The translations under genes and the position numbers were made by a program. This document shows, one piece after another, positions 22,252-33,152 of a DNA stretch of 64,000 nucleotides. The notes under the pieces were generated by a model. That model ran no database searches and had not been told where the DNA came from. It saw only the letters and a program-made list of their open reading frames with translations. Position 1 is the stretch's first letter; each line of letters starts with the position of its first letter. This stretch comes from an uncultured Candidatus Rokubacteria bacterium (GTDB lineage Bacteria; Methylomirabilota; Methylomirabilia; Rokubacteriales; CSP1-6), in contig CAVWWD010000003.1 in NCBI GenBank assembly GCA_963758635.1, positions 64,001-128,000 of the forward strand. The letters run 5' to 3'.

Positions 22252-22288
22252 TCCTCCCGCCACGATCCACGCGGCACACCGTTGCGCG

Positions 22289-22332
22289 AGTGCCTGACCC
22301 CATTGCGCCGAAGTGCCTGACCCCGTTGCGCC
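22289..22332. repeat. Short tandem direct repeat (AGTGCCTGACCCCRTTGCGCC x2, 23-bp period) between convergent addA and ogt
   Basis: Directly visible; one mismatch between the copies. Confidence 0.8.
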
Positions 22333-22346
22333 CGTTGCGCGGGCGC

Positions 22347-22841
22347 TCAGAACAGCGGGCGCTGGCGGCGCTCCAGGGCGAGCAGGGCTTCCTTGATGGC
22401 GAGGCCGCCGCCGTAGCCGGTGAGCCGGCCGTTCGCGCCGATCACCCGGTGGCAGGGCACGACGATGGCGATGGGGTTCTGGCCGTTGGCGGCGCCCACC
22501 GCGCGCACGGCGGCGGGGTGGCCGATCCGCCGCGCCAGCTCTCCGTACGAGATCGTCTCGCCGTAGGGGATCTCGAGGAGACCTTTCCACACCGCCTGCT
22601 GGAAGGCCGTGCCCTCGGGCGCCAGCGGAAAATCGAACTCGGTCAGCTCGCGGGCGAAGTACGCCTCGAGCTGCTGGACGGGCTCCGCGAAGGGCTCCTT
22701 CGCGCGCTTCCAGCCGTCCTCGGGCTCGAGCACGCTCCTCCCCTCCGCGAAGCCCAGCCGGCGCAGCCCCGCGTCGTCCCCGGCGAGGAGCAGCCGTCCC
22801 ACCGGGCTCGCCATGTAGGTGTACCGCATCGTGTCGGTCAT
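22347..22841 (-). CDS. ogt: Methylated-DNA-protein-cysteine methyltransferase
   Basis: GTAFQQAVW, IPYGETISY, RAVGAA and the active-site NPIAIVVPCHRVIG. Confidence 0.93.
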   Translation of the reverse strand: MTDTMRYTYMASPVGRLLLAGDDAGLRRLGFAEGRSVLEPEDGWKRAKEPFAEPVQQLEAYFARELTEFDFPLAPEGTAFQQAVWKGLLEIPYGETISYGELARRIGHPAAVRAVGAANGQNPIAIVVPCHRVIGANGRLTGYGGGLAIKEALLALERRQRPLF

Positions 22842-22996
22842 GTTCGTGCCCCCTCGCGCCCGCCAGTCTAACCGCATCCGCTCATCGTTTCCCGCTACGA
22901 GCTCGAGCTCCCTCGACCGATGACTTGGTATCCTTGGAGCCTCGTCGGCGGGGGCCAAGCCCCCTCGCATCGAACAGACACCGCAGGAGGCCGGGC

Positions 22997-23866
22997 ATGA
23001 AATTCGGATTGCGCTACGCCAGTCTCGGACGATACGTGGACGGGCCCGCGGCGGTGGCCCTGGCCCAGGCCGCCGAGGAGGCCGGGTTCGAGTCGATCTG
23101 GACCGTCGAGCACGTCGTGGTGCCGAGCGGCTACCAGTCGCGCTACCCGTACTCGTCGACCGGCCGGATGGGCTCGGGCCTCGAGGACTTCCCGATCCCC
23201 GATCCCTTGATCTGGCTCGCCTACGTCGCGTCCGCCACCCGCTCCATCAAGCTCGGCACCGCGATCCTCATCCTCCCCCAGCGCAACCCGGTGGTCACGG
23301 CCAAGGCGCTCGCCACGCTCGACCACATGGCCGGCGGCCGCCGCGTGCTGCTGGGCATCGGCGTGGGCTGGCTCGCCGAGGAGTTCGCCGCCCTCGGCGT
23401 CCCGTTCGACGACCGCGGGCCCCGCACCGACGAGTACGTGGCGGCCATGCGCGCGCTCTGGAGCCAGGAGTGCGCGAGCTTCACGGGACGGTTCGTCTCC
23501 TTCGACAAGGTGTTCTGCCGGCCGCTCCCGCCGGCCCGGGCGATCCCCATCGTGGTGGGCGGTGACACGAAGGCCGCGGCGCGCCGCGCCGGCCGCCTCG
23601 GCGACGGCTACTTCCCGGCCCGCGGCGCCTCGGCCGATCTGCTCGACGAGATGCGCCGCGCCGCGGAGGCGGCGGGACGCGATCCGGCGGCGATCGAGGT
23701 GACGGTGTCGGCGCCGCCCGACCCCGCCGAGATCGAGGCCCTCGCGAAGCGCGGCATCACGCGCGTGGCCGTTCCCGTGAGCGCGGCGGCCGGGCTGCCC
23801 GCCCAGGTGCGGACGCCGGACGACGTGCTGCGCTACGGCAAGGACGTGATCGCGCGCTTCCGCTGA
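22997..23866 (+). CDS. LLM class (putatively F420-dependent) oxidoreductase
   Basis: AEEAGFESIWTVEH, DPLIWLAYVA, LGIGVGWLAEEF and RAGRLGDG. AGGAGG RBS. Confidence 0.85.
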   Translation: MKFGLRYASLGRYVDGPAAVALAQAAEEAGFESIWTVEHVVVPSGYQSRYPYSSTGRMGSGLEDFPIPDPLIWLAYVASATRSIKLGTAILILPQRNPVVTAKALATLDHMAGGRRVLLGIGVGWLAEEFAALGVPFDDRGPRTDEYVAAMRALWSQECASFTGRFVSFDKVFCRPLPPARAIPIVVGGDTKAAARRAGRLGDGYFPARGASADLLDEMRRAAEAAGRDPAAIEVTVSAPPDPAEIEALAKRGITRVAVPVSAAAGLPAQVRTPDDVLRYGKDVIARFR

Positions 23867-25528
23867 TGCCGGCCCCGCCGCCCCGCCGCCTCGCCGCAGG
23901 GCTCGCGCTCCTCGCGCTCGTCCTGTGGCCCGCGCTCGGCGCCGCCGCTCACGTCAAGGCGCCGGCGGCGGGCGAGCTTCTCTCGCACGTGGAGGCGCTC
24001 ACCGCGCCCGCCATGGAGGGACGCGGGTCGGGCACGCCGGGCGGCGACCTCGCGGCGCGCTACCTCGCGGAGCGGCTCGCCGCGGCGGGCGTGGCGCCGG
24101 CGGGTGAATCCGGCGGCTACGAGCAGCGCTTCGTCCTCGGCTCCACGCGCCGCGCCGGCCGGGACGCGGCGCTCGAGCGCGTCGGCGCGAAGCCCGAGCG
24201 CTTCGCCGTGGGGCGCGACTGGCAGCTGCACGGGGGCGCGCCAACCGGCGCCGCGGAGGGCGAGGTGATCCACGCCGGACACGGGATCACGAGCGCGGAC
24301 GGCCGTCACGACGACTACGCCGGCCTCGACGTGCGCGACCGGATCGTCGTCGTCCAGGACGGCGCTCCCGCGAGCCTGACTGGCGCCCGCGCCTCCCGGC
24401 TCGAGAAGCTCATCGTGGCTCGCCATCGAGGCGCCCGCGCGCTCCTCGTCGTCGCGGACTCGGTCCCGGCCGTGGACGCGACGGCGGCGCCGTTTGCGCT
24501 CCCCTCGGCCACGATCACGCGCGCAACGGCCGCGGCGCTGCCCTCCGGCTCGCGCGTCCGCCTGGTGATCGAACGTCGATCGCGCGGACCGCACCGCGGC
24601 CAACGTCGTCGGCGTGGTGCGGGGCACGGATCCCGCCCTCGCCGGCGAGACGCTGGTGCTCGGCGCCCACTACGACCACCTCGGGCGCTCGGGGACCGCG
24701 GTCTACCCGGGCGCCGACGACAACGCCTCCGGCGCCGCGGTCGTGCTCGGGCTGGCGCGCGCCCTCGCCGCCGCCGGCGGGCTGCCGCGCACCGTGGTCG
24801 TCGCGCTGTTCGCGGGCGAGGAGCTCGGGCTCCTCGGCTCGAGCCACCACGTCAAGCATCCCGCCACGCCCGGCGATCGCACCGTGGTCATGATGAACCT
24901 GGACATGGTCGGGCGCTTCGCCCAGGGCGGTCTCCAGGTGGGCGGCGTCGAGAGCGGGGCGGGACTGGACGGCGTGGTGCGCGCGGCCGCGAAGGCCACC
25001 GGCATCGACGTGAAGGTCAGCGGCCACCCGAACGGCCCGTCCGATCACGCGAGCTTCTACGCCGCGGGGGTGCCGGTCCTGTTCTTCCACACGGGCTCCC
25101 ACGCCGACTACCACGCCCCCACCGACACGGCGGAGAAGATCGACGCGGCCGGGCTGGCCCGCGTGGCCGCGCTCGCCGCGGAGACGCTGGAGCGGCTGGC
25201 GAGCGCGCCGCGGCCGACGTTCGTTCAGGTCGCGCCGCCGCGGTCGCGCGCCAGCGGCCCGTCGGGCGGGGCGTTCCTCGGGGTCATGGCGGGCGGCCGC
25301 GCCGGGGACGGGGTCAGGCTCGGCGCCGTCCTGCCCGGCACCGCCGCGGCGCGGGCGGGGATGCGCGACGGCGACATCCTGGTTCGCATCGGCGGCGTCA
25401 CCGTCGACAGCTTCGAGGACCTGCGACGGGTGCTCGGCGACCGCCGCCCCGGCGACACGGTCAGCGTGGTCTACCTGCGCGCGGGCGACGACCACACCGT
25501 CTCGACCACGCTCGGCCCCCGGCCGTGA
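23866..25528 (+). CDS. Secreted M28 peptidase with PA and PDZ domains (indel near 24575)
   Basis: Signal peptide, MEGRGSGT, GAHYDHLG, GADDNASG, GEELGLLGS, SDH, YH..TD and a C-terminal PDZ (FLGV...GMRDGDIL). Confidence 0.85.
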
Positions 25529-25672
25529 GATCGGGCTGGAGGACCGGCGTGTGCTGAGGAACCGGCGGCGTGTCGCGCGCGTCGATCGAGAGCGACCACG
25601 GCATATCGCGCACTCGCGGCGAGGCGAGCCGAAGGCGAGACGAGCGAAGGAGTAAAGCAGGAAGACACTGCA

Positions 25673-25731
25673 GCCGACGGGACCCTGCAATGCCACCGCT
25701 CGGCATTCGTCTGATGCGCTGAGGCTTACAG
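25673..25731 (+). repeat. Hairpin repeat family A, copy 2 (abuts the RBS of the LLM gene)
   Basis: Core ccaccgctcggcattcgtctgatgcgc followed directly by AGGAGGAG. Confidence 0.8.
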
Positions 25732-25743
25732 GAGGAGCGTCCC

Positions 25744-26656
25744 ATGAGAGTCGGCATCTCGCTCACCAGCGCCCGGCAGGACACCGACCCGCGCGTGGGC
25801 GCGCGCTTCATGATCGACCGCACGGCGGCGGCGCGGCGGGCCGGCCTCGACTCGCTGTTCGTCGGCGACCACCATGCGACGCCGCACCCCTACTACCAGA
25901 ACACCCCGATCCTGGGCCGGCTCCTCGCGGAGTGGGGCGACGCCCCGGCGGGGTGCCTCTTCCTGCTGCCCCTCTGGAACCCGGTGCTCCTCGCCGAGCA
26001 GGTGGGCACGCTCGCCGCCGTCGCGAGCGGCCGCTTCATCTTCCAGTGCGGGCTCGGGGACGGCGCGCCGCAGTTCGCGGCCATGGGCGCGGACGTCCGC
26101 CAGCGTCGCTCGGCGTTCGAGGAGTCGTTCGACCTCGTGAAGCGCCTCCTCGCCGGCGAGGCGGTGAGCTCGGCCGGGCGCTTCCGCGTGGAGGGCGCGA
26201 GGCTGGCCCTCCGGCCCGCCGAGCCCGTGGAGTACTGGATCGGCGCGAGCGCCGAGCCCGCCATCGACCGGGCGGCGCGGATCGCCGACGGGTGGCTCGC
26301 GTCGCCCGGCCTCGCGCCGGCGACGGCGCGCGCGCAGCTCGCGTTCTATCGCGAGCGATGCAAGGCGTACGGGCGTCCGCCCGCCGCGGTGGCGATCCGC
26401 CGCGACATCTACGTGGGCGCGTCCCACGCGGAGGCCGAGGCGGTGGCCGGGCCCATCGTGGCGAAGGGCTACCGCGGGTTCGCGCCCGACGCGCTGGTGT
26501 GGGGAAGCGTGGAGGAGGTCGCGGCGCGCTTCCGCGGAGCTGGCGGCGATGGGCTACACGGACGTGATCGTGCGCCACCTCACCGACGACCAGCCGAAGG
26601 TGATGGCGTCGCTCGCCCGCCTCGCCGACGTGCGCGAGGCGGTGAAGCAGGCGTGA
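25744..26656 (+). CDS. LLM class flavin-dependent oxidoreductase (indel near 26535)
   Basis: GLDSLFVGDHH, PLWNPVLLAEQ and RAARIADGW. The corrected frame ends at TGA 26654-26656. Confidence 0.82.
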
Positions 26657-26670
26657 CGCCGGGCGACGCC

Positions 26671-27078
26671 ATGGTGTTCCGGGCGGCGTGCGCGGCCCTG
26701 GCCGCCATCGCGTGGCTCGTCGCGGGCACGGATGCCTCCGCCCAGGCGCGGCGCAGTGTCACCGAGGTGCTCGCGAACCCGGCGGCGTTCGACAACGAGG
26801 AGATCTACATCGAGGGTGTCGTGGTCGTGTCGCAATGGTCGCCCATGACCGTGCTCGGCAACCCGCCGCGGCAGGACCTGTTCCCGCTCCTGCTGCTGAA
26901 CGACGGCGCGGCGAGCATGTGGGTGATCATCGTCGCGAGCCCGAGCCCGAGCAGGGGCATCGGCAGCAGATCGACCGTCTTCGCCCCGCCGTCGGTGGGC
27001 ACGAGCATCGTCGTCCGCGGCACCTTCCGCGCGGCGACCCGCGCGCTCGAGTCGTACGACGGGTTCACGCTCCGCTGA
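26671..27078 (+). CDS. Secreted hypothetical protein, possibly OB-fold
   Basis: Signal peptide (AACAALAAIAWLVAGTDASA), then SVTEVLANPAAFDNEEIYIEG...IVVRGTF. Confidence 0.6.
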   Translation: MVFRAACAALAAIAWLVAGTDASAQARRSVTEVLANPAAFDNEEIYIEGVVVVSQWSPMTVLGNPPRQDLFPLLLLNDGAASMWVIIVASPSPSRGIGSRSTVFAPPSVGTSIVVRGTFRAATRALESYDGFTLR

Positions 27079-27147
27079 GCGTCCGCGTGCTTCGCGCGCG
27101 GCGGTCTCCCGAGGCGCTGACGCCGGCGGCCATGAGGTCGGCCCGGG

Positions 27148-27906
27148 TCACTCCCGCGGCAAGAGCGTGATCGCGTCGTAGTGGCCGACCGCGCTCTCCC
27201 CGGTGTCGTCGGTGTCGGTCATGACGGCGACGCCCGCGACGCGGGGCGGCTCGCCGCCGAACGCCCGCCGGTAGTCGTCCAGGAGGTTCCGCTTCTCGCT
27301 CACCCAGCGCCCGGCCCGGGCGGGGCCGCTCTGCACCACGATCATGCGGGCGCGGCTCGTGTAGGCGTTGTCGAGCACGGTGCCCACGGGCAGGCGGTTG
27401 TCCCACACGTAGTTCAGCACGCCCTTGGGCGGGTACTCGCCGTAGATCGCGCGATAGAAGCCGTAGACCGTCCGCTCCCACAAGGTGGCGCGCTCCGGAT
27501 CGTAGCGGAAGGCGACGTAGACGCGCGCGGGGTAGTCGTCGCCGCGCGCGCGTGCGCGCATCCGCTCGCGCGATGACGCCGTCCACCTTCCAGCGCCACG
27601 CCAGCACCGGGTGGGCGCGGGGATCGGCGTCGACGCGGCGGAAGAGCGTCGGACGCGGCGGCGTGGCTCTCGGCCCGGAGGACGTGTCCGGCTCCGTCCC
27701 GCACCACCGTGTAGCGGGTGTGGCGCGGCACGCGCTTGAACGTGAGGTGCTCCCAGCCGGGAGGAAGGGCGTCCGGATCCGCGGGCGCCGCGAACGGGCC
27801 GAGCTCGATGGCCGGCGCGCGGCGCTCGTCGGCGCCGGCGGCCCGCGACGCGACCGCGAGGACCGGCGAGAGCGATGACGAGGACGGCGCGGCTCCGCCC
27901 CGTCAC
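27148..27906 (-). CDS. DUF3047 domain protein (exported; 2-3 indels)
   Basis: GWEHLTF..VPRHTRY, LAWRWKV, DDYPARVYVAF, LNYVW, NAYT, W..EKRNL..DY..AFG and MTDTDDT. Confidence 0.8.
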   Translation of the reverse strand: MTGRSRAVLVIALAGPRGRVAGRRRRRAPRAGHRARPVRGARGSGRPSSRLGAPHVQARAAPHPLHGGAGRSRTRPPGREPRRRVRRSSAASTPIPAPTRCWRGAGRWTASSRERMRARARGDDYPARVYVAFRYDPERATLWERTVYGFYRAIYGEYPPKGVLNYVWDNRLPVGTVLDNAYTSRARMIVVQSGPARAGRWVSEKRNLLDDYRRAFGGEPPRVAGVAVMTDTDDTGESAVGHYDAITLLPRE

Positions 27907-28690
27907 CGCCGCGGGCGCCCGGCCGCGGCCTGCGCCGCCCGCGCGGCCCGCCAGCTCCGGGTAGTACCAGCGGTGGAGGCGCTCGGGCCGGGCCCCGCAG
28001 AAGTAGAGGAGGCGCAGGGTCCACATGAGGAGGATGGTGCGCGCCACGCCGTCGCTTCTCCCACTTGCGCGCGGAGGTGCGCACGCGCTGGCGCAGGCAC
28101 GCCACCCGCCCCAGGCGACGGAGCCGCCGCGTCAGCTCGATGTCCTCCATGAGCGGGATGGCCGCGTAGCCGCCCAGCGCCTCGAAGGCGGCGCGCCGCA
28201 CGAAGATGGCCTGGTCGCCGGTGAAGATGCCGGACAGGCGCGAGCGCAGGTTCATGAGGGCGGCGACCATCCGGAAGGGCCAGCGCGGGTTGTCGAGGAC
28301 GACGTCGAACCGGCCGCCCACGACCCGCAGGTCGCCGAGCGCGCGCGCGATGGCGCCCTCGAAGCCCGCGGGCAGATGCGTGTCGGCGTGGAGGAAGAGC
28401 AGGACGTCCCCGGTGGCGGCGGCGGCGCCCGCGTTCATCTGGAGGGCGCGGCCACAGGGCGACGTCACGAGCCGCGCGCCGGGCGCGCGCCGTACCACGG
28501 CCTCGGTGTCGTCCGCGCTGCCGCCGTCCGCCACGAGGACCTCCGCCTCGGGGGCCAGGATGCGGAGCTCGGGCAGCAGGCGGTCGAGGTTCCGGGCTTC
28601 GTCCAGCGCGGGGACGACGATCGACAGCGTGATGGGCGTCTCGGGGCCCGGGCCGGAGCGCCGCGCGCTCATCGGGTCCACCGGAGCCAC
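27903..28690 (-). CDS. GT2 glycosyltransferase, TIGR04283-type (rSAM-associated/arsenosugar family); indel near 28050
   Basis: SIVVPALDEA, DGGSAD, GRALQMNAGA, LFLHADT, GDQAIFV, PLMEDIEL and TSARKW. Confidence 0.82.
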
Positions 28691-28724
28691 GTCGCGAACA
28701 GCCGCTTCACCGCTGCCCTTCCGC

Positions 28725-29429
28725 TCAGGCCGTCACGCGGCGGGCGAGCGCGCCGCGGGCGATTCTCGTCACGTACACGGTCACGGCGACGGTAGCGAGG
28801 AGTCCGACAGCCGACAGCGTCCACTCCGCGGGCGTCCGCGCGTGCTGTCCCGCGGCCAGGCTCGCGAGGTCACCGGCCACCGACCCCACGTACACGTAGA
28901 GCAGCGTGCCCGGCAGCATGCCCGCCCACGAGGCGAAGAAGTAGTGGCGGAAGGGGATGCGCGTCACCCCGAACGCGTAGTTGAGCAGGTTGAAGGGGAA
29001 GATCGGAGACAGTCGCGTGAGCGCGACGATCTTCCAGCCGTCGCGGGCCACCGCGTGGTCGATGGCCGAAAACGCCGCGTTGCCCTCGATGCGATGGGCC
29101 ACCCAGTCGCGGGCCAGGTACCGGCCGGCGAGGAAGGCGGCGCCGGCGGCCAGGGGCGCCGCGATGGCCACGGTGACGATGCCCGTGGCGAGGCCGAAGA
29201 TCGCGCCCGCGCCCAGGGTGAGCGGGAACCCGGGGACGAAGAGCACCGCGGCGGCGACGTAGAGCCCGACGAACAGCACGGGCCCGAGCGCGCCGAGGCC
29301 GCGGATCCACTCGAGCGCGGACGTCAGGACGGCGCCGTCCAGGTATCGCGCGCCGGCGATCAGCAAGACGACGACGGCGGCGAGGAGGACGAGCGGGGCT
29401 TTCGAGCGGACGACGCCGGGCGGGGCCAT
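28725..29429 (-). CDS. TVP38/TMEM64 (DedA/VTT) membrane protein
   Basis: LFVPGFPLTLGAGAIFG, RLSPIFPFNLLNYAFG and GMLPGT. Confidence 0.9.
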   Translation of the reverse strand: MAPPGVVRSKAPLVLLAAVVVLLIAGARYLDGAVLTSALEWIRGLGALGPVLFVGLYVAAAVLFVPGFPLTLGAGAIFGLATGIVTVAIAAPLAAGAAFLAGRYLARDWVAHRIEGNAAFSAIDHAVARDGWKIVALTRLSPIFPFNLLNYAFGVTRIPFRHYFFASWAGMLPGTLLYVYVGSVAGDLASLAAGQHARTPAEWTLSAVGLLATVAVTVYVTRIARGALARRVTA

Positions 29430-29438
29430 GCCGGTGGG

Positions 29439-30255
29439 TCAGAACTTGCCCCGGACCCGCTCCTTCGTCGGGAGGTTCTCCAGGCACGTGGTCCACCAGC
29501 CCGTGCGGATGGTCTCGGCGAACTCCGGAGGCAGGCCCTCGCGCTCGATCTGGCGCGCGAGCGTCTCGTGGTCGTAGTGCACGGGCACGAACTCCACCGA
29601 GAGGTCGGGCGACGCGGTGAGCACGGTGTACCACACGTTGGTGGACCCGTCGTTCTCCGGGCGGCCGATCACGCCCACGTTGACCGCGTGCTCCCCCTCG
29701 GCGAGGGCGCGGTGCCACTTGATGCCGGTGTGCGTGCACAGGAGCACGTCCGCGGCGTGGTCGCCGAGGAAGCGCCGGAGCAGGCCGGACGGCGTCGTCG
29801 ACTCCCACAGGAACTCGTTCACCACCCGGGGCGACCCGTGACACATCAGCACGCGGTGCGCGCCGAGGGCGATCCGGCGGTGGCGGGGCAGGGTGCCGAG
29901 CCAGGCGCGGTTGTCGGCGGAGGTGCGCGTGAACGTGTATTCGTAGCTGATCCGCGCGTAGTGGTTGTCGCGCGGATCCGTGTAGCCGCACCCGCAGTCC
30001 GCGCGGCCCGAGGCCAGCGATTCGTCGTAGTTGCCCTGGATGGCGAGCACGCCGTGATCCCGGAGCAGCGGGAACACACGATCGGGATACGGGCCGAAGC
30101 CGCCCATGTCGCCGAGGCAGAACACCGCCTCCACGTCGCGGCGGCGGGCGTCCTGCCAGCGTGGCGGCCAGCGCCAGCGCGTTGTTGTACACGCCGCCGA
30201 AGACCGCGATGCGGCGGTACTCGGGGACGGGGGCGCGTTCCGGCTCGCCGGCCAT
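29439..30255 (-). CDS. Atypical calcineurin-like metallophosphoesterase with a CGCGY motif (indel near 30150)
   Basis: CLGD.GGFGP, QGNYD, CHGSP and NVGVIGRP. Motif I reads FGGVYNN and motif V reads CTHTG. The ATG overlaps the radical SAM stop. Confidence 0.8.
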
Positions 30256-31178
30256 CAGTAGTTCCGGCACGACATGCCGGTCTCGTGGCACGTCACGCAC
30301 GCGGGGTGGAAGAGGGGCGCCGGCCGGAAGGACTCTTCGATGCGTCCCGCGCTGAGTCGCGCCCCCGGCATGCCGGCGAGGATGGGGCAGGCGTAGACGC
30401 CTCCGTGGGCCACCACGCGCGACTCCGCGCACTGCAAGAGGCCGCGGTCGAAGCCCTCGAGCCGCTCGTCGGTGAGGAGGTCGCCGCCGTGCCGCTCGAG
30501 GCGGCCCACCGGGAACACGGGGATGATCTTCACGCGCGGCTTCTCGACGCCCAGCGAGAGCAGGAAGTCGCGGAAGCGCTGGTACGTCCCTCCGCTCTCG
30601 GCGCCCTCGACCGAACCGGGGGGGATGGCTCTCGGATGGAGATCTCGGTGGCGGTGACGATGGGCAGGAGGCCGTGGGCGTCCAGGCGCCGGATGGCGCC
30701 CACCGCGCGCGCCCACGCGCCGCGCCCGCGGATGCGGTCGTTGGCCGCGCGATCAACGTCGTCGAGGCTGACGCGCACCTCGAGGGAGTAGCGCGACCCC
30801 GCGGCGAGCTCGCCGAGGGCGGCCACGACCCGCTCGCCCAGCCGCGTGCCGTTGGTGAGCACCGTGGTGGGGGCGACCTCGAGCGCCGCCCCGAGGAGCG
30901 GCAGGATGTCCGGGTGGAGGAACGGCTCCCCGCCCGTGAAGTAGATCTCCTTCACGCCGAGGCGCGTCGCCCTCGCGGATCGCCGCGCGGACGGTGTCCG
31001 CGTCGAGGGGGGCCAGCCACGGCTCGCGCGGGCCGCTCGCGTTCAGGCAGTGGCGGCACTCGAGGTTGCACCACGTGCCGGTGATCTGGATCCACAGCGC
31101 GGTGAGGCGGACGAAGGGCGCGGCCGCCACCCGAGGGGCGGCCGTCGCGACGGACAGCACGGGCAGCGGTCGGTTCAC
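30255..31178 (-). CDS. Radical SAM protein with a Cys-rich C-terminus (indels near 30960 and 30630)
   Basis: WCNLECRHC (CxxxCxxC), FTGGEPFLHP, LTNGT, VSLD, and C-terminal LQC...ACPIL...HPACVTC...SC. Confidence 0.85.
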
Positions 31179-31219
31179 GGTGTCGAGTTGGACGCGTTCA
31201 CGGTGTCGAGTTTGGACGC
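31173..31219. repeat. 23/24-bp tandem duplication spanning the radical SAM start codon
   Basis: gttcacggtgtcgagttggacgc followed by gttcacggtgtcgagtttggacgc. Confidence 0.85.
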
Positions 31220-31305
31220 CGGGGGGCGAGCGGCCGACAGGCCCGGGCGCCCGCCCCTGGTCACGTCATCATGCCACATCCGCCGGGGCGAGCCTCCGGC
31301 GCGGG

Positions 31306-33003
<1,698 letters not shown>

Positions 33004-33152
33004 GGGTCCTCCCGCGAGTCGGTCCGGGCGATCAGGGTCGCCGGGTCCTCCGGTTCGTTCGTGCCAGCGCGATCATATCGACTACGATGGACCGGGGCCA
33101 GCGCGGCGGGCGCGGAGCGGCTCACGCGTTGCTCCCACGGGAGGTCGCTGGC

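Noticed and set aside
22949..22965. GGGGGC-CAA-GCCCCC hairpin between divergent ogt and the LLM gene
   Set aside because: It is a single short hairpin, with too little evidence to call a function or a repeat family.
28206..30791. Long antisense or alternate-frame ORFs (e.g. 861 aa here, 1085 aa at 60619, 996 aa at 1375)
   Set aside because: They are Arg/Pro/Gly/Ala-rich shadow ORFs expected in very GC-rich DNA and they overlap well-supported genes.
30255..31178. Selenocysteine recoding in the radical SAM operon
   Set aside because: I saw no in-frame TGA at a Cys-equivalent position; the terminal TGA overlaps the next ATG.
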